From a virus (lineage: Duplodnaviria > Caudoviricetes), in IMG/VR virus record IMGVR_UViG_3300034691_000007, positions 1 to 50,564 of that record: a stretch of 50,564 nt of DNA; one strand, written 5' to 3'. A program made the position numbers and the translations under genes. The notes under the pieces were generated by a model, which worked only from the letters and a program-made list of their open reading frames with translations, was not told the origin of the DNA and did not search any database. This document shows positions 27,486 to 37,559 of this stretch, piece after piece. The stretch's first letter is position 1. Each line of letters begins with the position of its first letter.

Positions 27486-29201
27486 TTAAACTTGTTTGAA
27501 GAGGCCGTCATTTTCATTCCAATAGAGTGGGAAGTTACCACTGGCACCGAACTCTCGGTCTTCCAGTAACTTGAGATTACGCATATTACGGATAGGTCCC
27601 GGCAGTTCAGGGTCTTTGTTACCTTCAAGCGCAAGCATGAGGTTACAACTACGCATCATTGCACGGCTACCAGCGAACTGGCTGGACGTTACATCACCAC
27701 CAAGTTCATGAGGGCAGTTACCAAGGCCGATGTACTTGTTGTCCTTGTACTTCTTGAGTCGTTGTTCCTGACTGATGTTGCCTTCAGGAGCTTTCAAGTG
27801 GACAAAGATGAACACTACAATGTTGAGGTCAAGAGCCATAGCCGCAAGTTCTTGGGCGATTTCTTGGAGCTTGGTGTTGGCGTCAGCCGCATTAACACCG
27901 TTGGTGAGGTTTGTGATCGGGTCAATGAATACCGCTTTTGCACCCCATGCCGCAGCAGCGTAAATGTCTGCTTTGAGAGTTTCCCATCCAAGGTGCTGAT
28001 AGAGATTGACCATAGACAATTTGCCTTTAAGTATCTCACCAGCTTTGTCATATGCTTCGTAGTCAAACTCTTTATCTGGGTCATGGAAGATTTTCCCTAC
28101 AATCTTACCGGCCATGAGCTTATACGTCTTGGCGTTTGCCTCTTCAGGCTTAGCCATGAACACTTTAATCTCGTGGTTCTTAACAAAGTGAGCAGCCAAG
28201 GCGTTCAGCAGCTCGCTCTTGCCCATCTTAACACCAGCCCCGATGTAGATAGTCTCACCGTAGCGGATGCCCCTTGTGATGTCGTTCAAGTCCTGCCAAG
28301 GCCATGTAAGCTCACCGTACTTGGCTGGCTCACGGGCTGACTCATGCATATCCTCACCGAACACAAGACGAGTGTTCTTCTTCTTCTCAGCTTTCCACTT
28401 AGCAGCTTGATAGGCTGCCTTGCCTTTACCCTGCATCAGACACTCATTAGCATCTTTGAGTGGCAGGTTAATGACATGGACATCTGGAAGAATCTTACAC
28501 ACTGCGTCAACTGCTGCATGTCCTGCATCATCGTCATCAAAGCAAAGACTAATCTCTTTGAAGTGCTTACGAATCTCAGGGAGCAGACGTGCTATGTCAC
28601 GCTCAGCAGAAGCAGAACCATGAGGCAAAGAAACAACTGCTGGGATGGTGTCACGGTACTGTTCCTTCTCATAGATTTGGAAGATTTTGGCAAGCGCAAT
28701 AGCGTCGTTCTCACCTTCCGTAATGATAAGACGTCGTGCTCCTGACTCTTTAGCCAACTGCCAACCGAACAGATCAACATCCTTTTGATCACCAATAGAC
28801 CAGAACTTCTTACCATCAAGAAGTTTGACTTTGTAGGCTTTGAACTCGTTCCCGCTGTAATACGGGAAGAACTGAAAGGTTGGTGTCTTACCGTCCTGTT
28901 CGCTTACACCAATCTTGACACCGTACTCACTAAGGATGTCAGCTCGCAGCTTACGGTCTGGTAGGTCAATGGTTTGGTAGCCATGGATTTCCTCCAACTC
29001 TGCTGCAATTTCTTCCTTAGTCTTACGCAAGCGCTGTGCTTGAGGGATGTCCTCAGCCCGCTTGCCGTCACCCAAAGGGTGAGCTACACGTTTCTTACAG
29101 GAAAAGCAATACCCGTCAAGGCTACCGTCTTCTTGCTCGAAGACCTGTAGACCATCACGGCTCCCGCAAGAGTGTGGTAGTTTAATCAGGCATTGCCCCA
29201 T
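27486..29201 (-). CDS. DNA primase-helicase (T7 gp4-like)
   Basis: N-terminal Zn finger, TOPRIM EGENDA and DDDDAG, Walker A GAGVKMGKS, FIDP and VHL motifs. Confidence 0.93.
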   Translation of the reverse strand: MGQCLIKLPHSCGSRDGLQVFEQEDGSLDGYCFSCKKRVAHPLGDGKRAEDIPQAQRLRKTKEEIAAELEEIHGYQTIDLPDRKLRADILSEYGVKIGVSEQDGKTPTFQFFPYYSGNEFKAYKVKLLDGKKFWSIGDQKDVDLFGWQLAKESGARRLIITEGENDAIALAKIFQIYEKEQYRDTIPAVVSLPHGSASAERDIARLLPEIRKHFKEISLCFDDDDAGHAAVDAVCKILPDVHVINLPLKDANECLMQGKGKAAYQAAKWKAEKKKNTRLVFGEDMHESAREPAKYGELTWPWQDLNDITRGIRYGETIYIGAGVKMGKSELLNALAAHFVKNHEIKVFMAKPEEANAKTYKLMAGKIVGKIFHDPDKEFDYEAYDKAGEILKGKLSMVNLYQHLGWETLKADIYAAAAWGAKAVFIDPITNLTNGVNAADANTKLQEIAQELAAMALDLNIVVFIFVHLKAPEGNISQEQRLKKYKDNKYIGLGNCPHELGGDVTSSQFAGSRAMMRSCNLMLALEGNKDPELPGPIRNMRNLKLLEDREFGASGNFPLYWNENDGLFKQV

Positions 29202-29241
29202 CTATTTCTCCAATGGTTGTTATTAATACTCTAGGACTTAT

Positions 29242-29272
29242 CTAGAGTCTTTTAGCGAGGAAAAAGATACAA
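29242..29272 (-). promoter_or_regulatory. Putative phage-sigma promoter, copy C (TTGTATC-N16-GACTCTAG), upstream of primase-helicase
   Basis: Same two boxes and identical 16-nt spacer as the copies at 39505 and 49795. Confidence 0.75.
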
Positions 29273-29273
29273 A

Positions 29274-29480
29274 TTATTTTCTAAAGAAAACTCCTTGCTC
29301 CAGCATCCCATTATCGCCCATGAGCGCTTCGATATACTCCCGACAACCGTACATGTATCGGAAGTCTGCATCTTTGTAGACCTTCTTAGCACGATCGACG
29401 ACTTTAGGTTCAGACTTCAAGTAGCCGTTACGTGCTTCGTTCAGGTCAATACGCAAACGATTTAATTGATCGAGGGTCAT
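29274..29480 (-). CDS. Hypothetical protein (68 aa)
   Basis: GAGG RBS; ATG start. Confidence 0.65.
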   Translation of the reverse strand: MTLDQLNRLRIDLNEARNGYLKSEPKVVDRAKKVYKDADFRYMYGCREYIEALMGDNGMLEQGVFFRK

Positions 29481-29530
29481 GGTCTTGTCCCTCGCTTAAG
29501 CATGAACATGAGAGCCACTAAAGCAATCAT
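29477..29530 (-). CDS. 17-aa hydrophobic micropeptide MIALVALMFMLKRGTRP
   Basis: Strong AAGGAG RBS; stop overlaps the next ATG (ATGA). Confidence 0.5.
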   Translation of the reverse strand: MIALVALMFMLKRGTRP

Positions 29531-29569
29531 GACAGTTACTCCTTACAGGAACAGGGCAGACGCCCTTGG

Positions 29570-30328
29570 TTACAGTTGCAGAAGTTCCTTGAAACGGGCG
29601 ACATAGCCTTCAAGCGTCGTGCCTGTAAGGCCCGGAGCAGTGTTGACTTCAAGGACATAAGCCATTTGATGCTTGTCATTCCAGATAACATCGACAGCTC
29701 CAAAGTCTAGGCCGGTCACTTCGATAGCCTTGACGGCTTGCTCAGTTACCATGGCCGGTGGGTTAACGTCGTTACGGACGAAGACAAAGCCGTTATGGTG
29801 ATTGCGCACCTTCCAGTTAATCTTGCCGTCCTCGACTTCCTTGTTACGTGCCTTGCGCTGGATGTCAACAACCTTACCGCCCAGCACATGGATACGGTAC
29901 TCATCTTTCTTGGGTACGTACTTGACGTACAAAGGGGCGTCAACGATACGATCACCAGCTTCGATGATGACGATGCCCTCACCACTATGGCCGGTCAACT
30001 TCTGACGAGCCACAACAGTAGCCCCATCAGCCAGCCAACCGGCCACAACATTCTTGTCAGTGGTGAAGGATGGGATGACTACATCACCCTCCACCGTATT
30101 GAAGAAGGTCAGCTTATTGGTGGCGTTAGCTACCTTTTCGCCGGGGTTATAGACTTTCAGCCCATTGTATGCAGCCGGAGTAGCAGAGCTACCCCAGTTG
30201 ATGATCACGTCAGCGGCCTTGGGACGCCACTTGCTGCCCTCAACTTTGAGGACTTTGATGTCGAGGCCAGCGGCCAATGCCTTAGCACTGGCGCTGCCTT
30301 GCTTGTATGCATACAACTTAGTAGTCAT
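29570..30328 (-). CDS. ATP-grasp ligase (RimK/YheCD-like, phiEco32 type)
   Basis: [22 protein letters not shown] and [10 protein letters not shown] motifs. Confidence 0.88.
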   Translation of the reverse strand: MTTKLYAYKQGSASAKALAAGLDIKVLKVEGSKWRPKAADVIINWGSSATPAAYNGLKVYNPGEKVANATNKLTFFNTVEGDVVIPSFTTDKNVVAGWLADGATVVARQKLTGHSGEGIVIIEAGDRIVDAPLYVKYVPKKDEYRIHVLGGKVVDIQRKARNKEVEDGKINWKVRNHHNGFVFVRNDVNPPAMVTEQAVKAIEVTGLDFGAVDVIWNDKHQMAYVLEVNTAPGLTGTTLEGYVARFKELLQL

Positions 30329-31832
30329 GGTTATCTTCCTCTTGTTCCATTGCTTCACGAGCAAGGCGGGCCATTACTTGGGTCAGGAACACTTTGTATG
30401 AACCCGGTTTGTCTTCACGTTTCAGGCGCACCAACCAGTCATACTCTTCACGAGTAAGTTCATCACGGGTCAGGCCTACCTGTTGAAGCGTAGGGAATGG
30501 CACAGGCGGGATGCCGTGGCCATCAACCTTGTTAGCCACTTGGGCTGCCTTAGGTGGGACCTTAATCCATTCAGGCGCCTTAGCAGCGGCCTTGATTTGG
30601 CCAGCCATGAATGCATCACCCAATGCAAGCTGAGCCATTCCGGCCATCACCCGACGGTCATGGACATATGGGATGTCACGAGCGGTAGCCTTGAAGTATT
30701 CGTTAGGCACCCATGCAGCAGCCATACCCTGTGGGCCATTGTTAAAGGCAGCGCCATAACCTACCAACATAGAGTTACCGTTGTCCTCATCCTTGGCCAT
30801 CCACACAATCTGACCACGTTTGAAGCCACAGGTGTCCTTCAGAATCTCTACAGAGACCCACTCTTCAGGATCAACCCCTTCAGGGATTGGCTCTACTGGC
30901 TCCTTGTATGGGTTGGCGATGAAGCCTACCGGGGCCTTAGGAACACGAGGCTTAGGTGCTGGGCGGTTGCCTTCCTCACCAAATGGCATAGGAATCTCGA
31001 AAGGATTAACAACCTCCTGTTCGTAGAACTTCTGCCAGTTAGTGCAGAACGCTACGTCCTGAGCACGACGAACACCAGCCAGTACCGACGACTTCCAGTT
31101 TGGATACTCCAAGAACAGGCCTGCGTTGTCCTTCAGGCAACGATTCATGAACAGTTGTACGTCACCACCACTGAAGGAGTTAACGACGTCTGTAGGGTCT
31201 GTGAAGGTCTTGGCTACTTCACGCAGGCCATGCAGAATCTCAGCCCACTTGTAGATCAGGTCGAGGTCACGAGTACCACGCATGGCACGGAACTCAAGCG
31301 AACCGTATGTGCCCAGTGCCTTGACGTTCATCGAAGCGTAACGCAGGTCATCGCTGACAAGGTTACGGAAGCGACGGGTCTTGGCTGCTTCTTGCAGCGC
31401 ATACAGCAGGAACTCTGCATCACCAGTGCGCAGACAGAAGAGGTTGCCTTCACGGTGCGGCCCACAGAACTTGGTCAGTACATCTTCCAAGATAATGTAG
31501 ATGGTGATGAAGTTGTACAGCTCGACGATGTTCAGGTGCTGTACGTTAACGTGAACGTGTACACCAGCCCGAACGGTGTCGTCAACTACCGAGCCGAACT
31601 TCTTGTACATCACGTTCAGATACTTCAGCGCGATGTCAGCTTCTTTCATGGACGAAGGCTTGGCAAGAACATACTCCATGTTCTCCTCGCCACGCAGGCT
31701 ACCATCCTTCTCCATCTTCCAATACTTATCGACTTGAGGGAGGTTCTTACCTTCCACCTCAATCTCGATACCAACGTCACCCTTGGTCATGAAACCTTTA
31801 GGGATGAGGAACCAATCAGCGACAGTCTTCAC
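30318..31832 (-). CDS. Amidoligase (glutamine-synthetase-like COOH-NH2 ligase) with long C-terminal extension
   Basis: GIEIE, DGSLRG..EYV, GVHVHVN, RY.SMN and GSLEFR motifs. Confidence 0.85.
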   Translation of the reverse strand: MKTVADWFLIPKGFMTKGDVGIEIEVEGKNLPQVDKYWKMEKDGSLRGEENMEYVLAKPSSMKEADIALKYLNVMYKKFGSVVDDTVRAGVHVHVNVQHLNIVELYNFITIYIILEDVLTKFCGPHREGNLFCLRTGDAEFLLYALQEAAKTRRFRNLVSDDLRYASMNVKALGTYGSLEFRAMRGTRDLDLIYKWAEILHGLREVAKTFTDPTDVVNSFSGGDVQLFMNRCLKDNAGLFLEYPNWKSSVLAGVRRAQDVAFCTNWQKFYEQEVVNPFEIPMPFGEEGNRPAPKPRVPKAPVGFIANPYKEPVEPIPEGVDPEEWVSVEILKDTCGFKRGQIVWMAKDEDNGNSMLVGYGAAFNNGPQGMAAAWVPNEYFKATARDIPYVHDRRVMAGMAQLALGDAFMAGQIKAAAKAPEWIKVPPKAAQVANKVDGHGIPPVPFPTLQQVGLTRDELTREEYDWLVRLKREDKPGSYKVFLTQVMARLAREAMEQEEDNHDY

Positions 31833-32377
31833 AATACTTCCTCCAGAGCTTCACGTAGAAAGTGGCTCTCAGCATTCAGAACAGGCTTACCATCTTCGAT
31901 GGTGCCAACCACATTACGTTTGTGCCAAAGACGCAGGCCGCTGTCAATTGCCCACTCACGGCACCATGCCATAGAGTGAACACGTTTCTTTGTAATCTCT
32001 TCCAACACCTTGGCGAAGGTAGGATATTTGCCAAGGATTACTTGGCCAACATCCTTGTAACTCAGCGCCTCAGCAGGGAAGTCACCGATGGCAGTGAAGT
32101 TCCCGAAGCGTAGGCCTTGACGCCAGTCACGACGCATAGGCTTACGCATCAGGTAAGCTACCGCACCACCACGGTTGCAGTAACCGAGACGGACAGGGTG
32201 CAGGTCAAGTTCATCAACCTTTACCTTGAAGAACGTCTCGATGCTGTCGAGGTAAGACACGGTAGCTGTCATGCCACGTTGCACACATGTTACGAACACG
32301 GGCTTGCCGTCATACACCACGACAGTTTGTTCTAGACGAGAGTTTGCATACTCGTGATCGTTACCATACATACTCAT
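31829..32377 (-). CDS. Hypothetical protein (182 aa) inside the ligase cluster
   Basis: Coupled ORF between the two ligase genes. Confidence 0.75.
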   Translation of the reverse strand: MSMYGNDHEYANSRLEQTVVVYDGKPVFVTCVQRGMTATVSYLDSIETFFKVKVDELDLHPVRLGYCNRGGAVAYLMRKPMRRDWRQGLRFGNFTAIGDFPAEALSYKDVGQVILGKYPTFAKVLEEITKKRVHSMAWCREWAIDSGLRLWHKRNVVGTIEDGKPVLNAESHFLREALEEVL

Positions 32378-32389
32378 GACACGTTACCT

Positions 32390-33238
32390 TTAGGCGAGGT
32401 TGAAAGTTTTAGTGCGGCTGTTGTAGCCCGGTGGCAATGGGCAGCCACTACGTTTGAAGTAGTCTTCAATGGTGCGGGTATCGAACACACCAGTGATGAT
32501 GGTCCGTGCCTCGCCACCATGTTGGCCGTAGGCAATACCTTCAGACAGATCGGACATGGACTTCTGAGTTACCTCGAAGACCCATTCCATCAGGGCCTTG
32601 GACTGCAACCATGCATTGCTCAGGGTGCGGTACTCAACACCGTAAGACTTCGGACGGAAGCAACCGGGGGCACCGTACAGTTGACGACGCTTGCGGCCTT
32701 CAGGACCACCGTCAAACAACAACGAACCCAGGCCAAGCGACCAGTCCAATTGCTTAGAGGCCATGACGCAGGCCTCAAGGTGGACAGGGTCATCAGTAGG
32801 GATGCTTGCACCCCAGCCGATGTGAACGTGACCAGCAGCAGTACGGAAAGGAACCTGACCGTTAGGCCGTGGGTTAACCCCACCGTTGGTGTAAGCGTCG
32901 AAGTCAGGCTCACAGCCCAGCTCCAATGCTTCCATTGGTTGTGCCTTGATGTACTCAGCACCGAACTCTGCCACTGGGCAGGACTTCAGGGTATAGCCCG
33001 GCACCATGCTGGTGAGGGTTGCCAGTACAGCTTGGATGTTACGGGAGAACTCTTCCTTGCTGGACGCAGGGTCGATGTTGAACTCCAGTGCCATGCCATC
33101 CACTTGGACAGCGCCATGCTCTACCTTGAACGGGTTCTTCTTGTCGCCTTGGATAGCGCCATGTGCAGAGACAGGCTTACCGGCTTGGTCGAACATGAAG
33201 ATTTCTGGATCAGCGCCAACGAGAACTTGAAGTGCCAT
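32390..33238 (-). CDS. phiEco32-like COOH-NH2 ligase type 2
   Basis: GADPEIF, QVDGMALEFN, GCEPD, GHVHIG and RR.LYG.PG.FRPKSYGVEYRTLSN motifs. Confidence 0.9.
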   Translation of the reverse strand: MALQVLVGADPEIFMFDQAGKPVSAHGAIQGDKKNPFKVEHGAVQVDGMALEFNIDPASSKEEFSRNIQAVLATLTSMVPGYTLKSCPVAEFGAEYIKAQPMEALELGCEPDFDAYTNGGVNPRPNGQVPFRTAAGHVHIGWGASIPTDDPVHLEACVMASKQLDWSLGLGSLLFDGGPEGRKRRQLYGAPGCFRPKSYGVEYRTLSNAWLQSKALMEWVFEVTQKSMSDLSEGIAYGQHGGEARTIITGVFDTRTIEDYFKRSGCPLPPGYNSRTKTFNLA

Positions 33239-33239
33239 G

Positions 33240-34652
33240 TTATTTACCCTCGGTTTGTTTGATGTAGTCCGCAACATCTGTGAAGTCCTTGCAGTCCGGG
33301 CAGATGAATTCCGACGGACCAACAAAGACGATATCATCTGCCTCTTCGAGACAGGTGTCTTGCTTGCACCATGCACAGCCATTCTCTGTGGCTTTCTTGA
33401 ACTCCGCTGGAGTCAGGAGTTCTCCTTTGTACCCTTCAAGAAGGACAGGAAAGTCGGCATCATCCAACTCCTCGTCCCCACTCATCAGGGCTGTAGCTTT
33501 TGGATCTTCCATGATCGAACGCAGATCAATGGTCAAGTGCATGCCACCATTGCTGGTGAACGACTTAACCATGCCCTTGAACGCCATTGTACTGCCGAGG
33601 AGTTTCTTCCACAGCGCAGTGCCTTCACCCGGATAGCAACGAATGCTGATGCGCTCGTCGTCGATGGCGTAGCACTGTATGTACTTCTGGTTAGCAGCAG
33701 TCGCAGCACATTGCACAGTGAAGGCAACGTTCTTGTTCATGCGTTTCTGATACTCCATAAAAGACGCGTTGCCAGATACGATCCGAGGCCGTTCCTTGCC
33801 TTCAAGACGACTAACAATATCTGTGACAGTACCCACAGCTTTCGACTCAGGTCGGGGAGTCACCAAGGCAGGCTTTCTTGGAAAGGGTTCGTTTACCTTG
33901 TTGCCCCCATAGTAAGTGCCGGTGTTGTACACTGGTGGGGTGTAGAGTTCACACTTGACAGCCACTGGCTTGTCGAACTCTTTCGCAGTAGCGAGAGGGC
34001 CGAGGGGTACGTCGAAGCGGTAGTGAACACCGATTGGAAGCTCTTCGATCTTGCCCAGCTTGACCACTGCATGATGAGCAGCAACAGTCAACATCCATAC
34101 CTCTGATGCCCAGAACAAAGACTTCTTGTCATCGCTGAACACGTAGAACAATGGACGCTGATCGTTGCGGATGAAGTTCAGCGAGCGATCTTTCTTGTCC
34201 CACCATGTCAGGGCAAACGCACCGTTGAGCTTAGGTGTCGTCTCCTGAATGCCATGGTTTTCCATGTGGTGGAAGATGTTCTCGCTGTCAACGTCGAACT
34301 TGGCGTGGTCGTCAAGCTGGTAGCGAGTGGTCAGTGTGCCGTTGTGAGCACCGATGATGGTGTCAATCTCGAACGGGTGAGCATTCGTGTTGTTGATCTT
34401 GCCTTGAGTGGCCCAACGATTGTGGCCCATCAGCACAGAGTGAAACAGACGGAACTTCTCATCGACAGCTTTGAACTGGTAGAAGTCCCACGGTGTACCA
34501 ACACGCTTGATAACTTCAGTTGCACCAGCAGAGCTGACGAACAATACGCCAGTCGAATGTGGACCACGCACTGTATCGAATTCCAGCAGACGTTTGAACA
34601 TACGTTCTTCGTTGCTTCCCAGTTTACCAGCAGCGCCTACAAGTCCACACAT
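33240..34652 (-). CDS. Class II (Ntn) glutamine amidotransferase with C-terminal Zn ribbon
   Basis: N-terminal MCGLVG, RGPHSTG, HNRWAT, HPF, HNGT and DSE motifs. C-terminal CAWC...CPDC. Confidence 0.9.
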   Translation of the reverse strand: MCGLVGAAGKLGSNEERMFKRLLEFDTVRGPHSTGVLFVSSAGATEVIKRVGTPWDFYQFKAVDEKFRLFHSVLMGHNRWATQGKINNTNAHPFEIDTIIGAHNGTLTTRYQLDDHAKFDVDSENIFHHMENHGIQETTPKLNGAFALTWWDKKDRSLNFIRNDQRPLFYVFSDDKKSLFWASEVWMLTVAAHHAVVKLGKIEELPIGVHYRFDVPLGPLATAKEFDKPVAVKCELYTPPVYNTGTYYGGNKVNEPFPRKPALVTPRPESKAVGTVTDIVSRLEGKERPRIVSGNASFMEYQKRMNKNVAFTVQCAATAANQKYIQCYAIDDERISIRCYPGEGTALWKKLLGSTMAFKGMVKSFTSNGGMHLTIDLRSIMEDPKATALMSGDEELDDADFPVLLEGYKGELLTPAEFKKATENGCAWCKQDTCLEEADDIVFVGPSEFICPDCKDFTDVADYIKQTEGK

Positions 34653-34679
34653 AATAAATTCCTTCCAAAAATTGGGTAG

Positions 34680-35387
34680 TTAAACAGCTTCTACTTCAAA
34701 GGGATGATGCCCATGAGCAGCACGATGACGTTGGATTACTTCAACCTCTTCGGTCTCATATTCCTGAGCTTCTTCTACAGCGATGGTCCGTTCAACCATC
34801 ACGCCAGTCCGGTTACTGACCCGAGTAGCGTAATAGCGAATGTTGCGAGGGGCTGCACCACGGATGAACAGACGATAAGGACCAACTTCTTCGTCCTCCT
34901 CTTCCTCTTCATCATTAAAGAGGTCCCAGTCAGGAAGCTCCTCTTCGGCTGCTACAGCTTGAACTTGGAACGGGTTGACCGCTGGTGCAGGTTCAGCAAT
35001 GAAACGTCCCTGAGCGTCTCGTGGGCGCTCCTGAGCCTGCTTCTCTGCTATCACAGCGTGTTCTTCAGGTTTAGCTGGCTCTTTCCAGCCTTGAACATGA
35101 AGGTAGAACAATTCGATGGTCACTTCAGGGTGACGATCCTTGCTTGCTGGACCAGTACCAATGAAGCCAAGGTCTTTTAGAACCTTAGCCGCAGTGGTTT
35201 GTTCACTGGTCAGGATGGCAGTGACAATGCCATGACGAGTGCAGTTGTTTACCTTACCAACTACCTCACGCCACAGCTTGTCATACTGCACAGCATTGTA
35301 GCCATACTCACTTGTGTGGCTTTCACCAAAACTTGTGAGGATGTCGGCTGTACAGCAACCCTCAAAATCATGTTTCTGAACGGCCAT
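34680..35387 (-). CDS. Hypothetical protein (235 aa), possible degenerate GNAT N-terminal domain
   Basis: AGGAGG RBS; AILTSEQTTAAKVLKDLGF; acidic linker. Confidence 0.65.
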   Translation of the reverse strand: MAVQKHDFEGCCTADILTSFGESHTSEYGYNAVQYDKLWREVVGKVNNCTRHGIVTAILTSEQTTAAKVLKDLGFIGTGPASKDRHPEVTIELFYLHVQGWKEPAKPEEHAVIAEKQAQERPRDAQGRFIAEPAPAVNPFQVQAVAAEEELPDWDLFNDEEEEEDEEVGPYRLFIRGAAPRNIRYYATRVSNRTGVMVERTIAVEEAQEYETEEVEVIQRHRAAHGHHPFEVEAV

Positions 35388-35434
35388 ACAGCCTCCTAAA
35401 TTTTCTCAGGTTAATTAAGCGCTTGGCTATCCCG

Positions 35435-35605
35435 TTACAGGGACTCGAAGCGTCGGTCGTATTCGATCAAGGCATCATCTGCCTCAATAGCGGCGAGGGT
35501 TGCACTCTTACCACTGGCATGTGCCGTCTGGAAAGCCTTAACCCAAAAGTCTTTACGACCTAGGGACTTAGCCAAACCTTGACGGCGGATGAGTTCACTG
35601 TCCAT
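35435..35605 (-). CDS. Hypothetical protein (56 aa, MDSELIRRQG...)
   Basis: Hand-translated; TAATG-coupled. Confidence 0.6.
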   Translation of the reverse strand: MDSELIRRQGLAKSLGRKDFWVKAFQTAHASGKSATLAAIEADDALIEYDRRFESL

Positions 35606-36234
35606 TACTTAAGCCCGATAGTACGTTCGATGAGTTGGAAGTACAGGTCAGTACAAGACTGGACACCATACTCAGGGTGTGGCTGGAAGCACAGACTGTT
35701 AGTGTCTGGATACCAAACGCATTCAACATCAGGATAGCCGGGGTCGGCCTTTGTCTTGATGGTGTCGTTCTCCAACCATGTAGCTTCGTTGGCACGTACC
35801 AACACAGCACCACGTTCACCTTCACGCATCATTTGGTGATGAGTGGAAGTTACTTGAACTTCGTCGATCACGTCACCATCTACGCCGATAACATAGGCAA
35901 CGTGAGTACCATGGATAGCGTGACCATTGACGTGTTGCCACATCTTGCCGCCGTTCATGACGTTGAGGAACTGACCACCACGACAGATGCCGATGCAAGG
36001 CTTGCCCAACATGTGGGCCAACTGGTAGTAACCCATTTCAATCAGGTCACGGCGAGGGTCATTGCCAGTGGTACGGTGATTCTTCTCACCGTACAGGAAG
36101 GGTGATACATCGGAGCCACCAGTGAACTGGAACACGTCAGCTTGAAGGGCATCAGCTACCACTTCCCAGCCAGCACGCTCAAACATTCGCTGAATAGCGC
36201 CATCACCACCTACGATATAAACCTTATTGGGCAT
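35605..36234 (-). CDS. Class I glutamine amidotransferase / peptidase C26 (PuuD-like gamma-glutamyl hydrolase)
   Basis: GGSDVSP, RD..E, GICRGGQ nucleophile elbow, STHHQ and QPHPE motifs. Confidence 0.88.
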   Translation of the reverse strand: MPNKVYIVGGDGAIQRMFERAGWEVVADALQADVFQFTGGSDVSPFLYGEKNHRTTGNDPRRDLIEMGYYQLAHMLGKPCIGICRGGQFLNVMNGGKMWQHVNGHAIHGTHVAYVIGVDGDVIDEVQVTSTHHQMMREGERGAVLVRANEATWLENDTIKTKADPGYPDVECVWYPDTNSLCFQPHPEYGVQSCTDLYFQLIERTIGLK

Positions 36235-37204
36235 AGCCAATTTCCTTGAACAGTACGTGTTGGAACTCAGCCCACTTGGCCCAAGCTGTTTTAACATCGG
36301 CGTAATCTGTTTCACGCCGAACTGGACGAGCAGCAGCGAATGGATTAGCCACGGCGTCAGCGTCTACCTTCTGAGCTACCTCGTCCTTCCAAGGGAAGTT
36401 GTTGGCAATCCAGACGTGAGCAGTGCCCACCTTGTAGCGGTCCTTTTCCTTGACGAACATGTTGCTGTAGCCCTGATAGCTCTGGTCTTCAGAGTAAGAC
36501 TTGTTCAGGTGCCACGGCTTATGCTCAAGGAAAGCCTTGAGGTCAGCCAAGTCCATGCTCTGGACGGCGAGGTTCATGTGACCACACTCAGCCTCGCCCC
36601 ACTTGATTGACTTGTTGTTGTTGGTGTACTGGCTGGACGCAGCGAGGAAGTAAGCGAGGTCTTCGTTAACCCCTGCCTCGACAGCATCAAGCCATGCCTT
36701 CTTGATGCGCAGTGTTTCCCACAGACGCCTGATTGCTACACCACCACCAACCATGAGGTTAGAGGGTGCCTTGGCATCCATGATGACAGAGCGCTTCAGT
36801 GTGGCGTACTTGGCAGACTTACTTACGAATGCCTTGGACCATGGCGAGCGATTGATAACCCAGTCCAGATACTTCAGGTCTTCAGCAGCACCACGTTTCT
36901 TGCCGGGGCCTTTGTCTTCGTCGCCGTAGTAGTCCTTGTAGTCCTTCTGGATGCCTACAATGAACGCCACGGAACCACGACCGTTGCCCGGCTTACCTTG
37001 GATCAGGTCAGGCTGATTGGCCGTGTTCTTGTTGTAATACTCTGCCATGGAAGCAAAGCAGTTGGTTTGTGGGCACATGAACGTGTGGTCAGGATGCACC
37101 ACAGCGAACGATGTACACTGAGTCCACTGCTTAGGATTCTTGTCCATCCAAGTCAGGAACTTGTGTTGACCACGCAACGCTTGCCAGAAGTCTTCCCGTT
37201 TCAT
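36224..37204 (-). CDS. Hypothetical protein (326 aa)
   Basis: ATG 37204 after AAAGG; strong codon bias. Confidence 0.75.
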   Translation of the reverse strand: MKREDFWQALRGQHKFLTWMDKNPKQWTQCTSFAVVHPDHTFMCPQTNCFASMAEYYNKNTANQPDLIQGKPGNGRGSVAFIVGIQKDYKDYYGDEDKGPGKKRGAAEDLKYLDWVINRSPWSKAFVSKSAKYATLKRSVIMDAKAPSNLMVGGGVAIRRLWETLRIKKAWLDAVEAGVNEDLAYFLAASSQYTNNNKSIKWGEAECGHMNLAVQSMDLADLKAFLEHKPWHLNKSYSEDQSYQGYSNMFVKEKDRYKVGTAHVWIANNFPWKDEVAQKVDADAVANPFAAARPVRRETDYADVKTAWAKWAEFQHVLFKEIGYAQ

Positions 37205-37214
37205 GACGTAACCT

Positions 37215-37463
37215 TTACAGTTGAGTGAAGGACTGGCCAGCATAGTGGCGTTTGACATACTGGCTGATGTTGCGCTGGCAACCTTCAGACAGCTTGACTT
37301 GAATTGGCGTGATGGTCTGCATGATTTGCTTACCATCCTGCCCCAGTGCAGCAGTTGGGACCAGATAGCCTTTGTGCTGAATTTCAACATAAGAGCGCTC
37401 CGGTTGGCCGATGAAGTCACGTTGTACCAGTTTACGAATACGTTTAGCTACTGTGCCACGCAT
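37215..37463 (-). CDS. Hypothetical basic protein (82 aa, MRGTVAKRIRK...)
   Basis: AAGGA RBS. Confidence 0.7.
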   Translation of the reverse strand: MRGTVAKRIRKLVQRDFIGQPERSYVEIQHKGYLVPTAALGQDGKQIMQTITPIQVKLSEGCQRNISQYVKRHYAGQSFTQL

Positions 37464-37485
37464 GATACTTTCCTTTCGTTGGGTT

Positions 37486-37559
37486 AGTGAAGCTGCAAAG
37501 CACACTAGACCATTTAGAGTGGCTGGCCATTACGCCGCTAGTGTGCTTTACAAATCACT
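37486..37559 (-). promoter_or_regulatory. Long intergenic stem, candidate RNase III processing site
   Basis: AAAGCACACTAG (37497-37508) pairs with CTAGTGTGCTTT (37538-37549). Extends by a G-U pair only on the minus-strand RNA. Confidence 0.6.
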
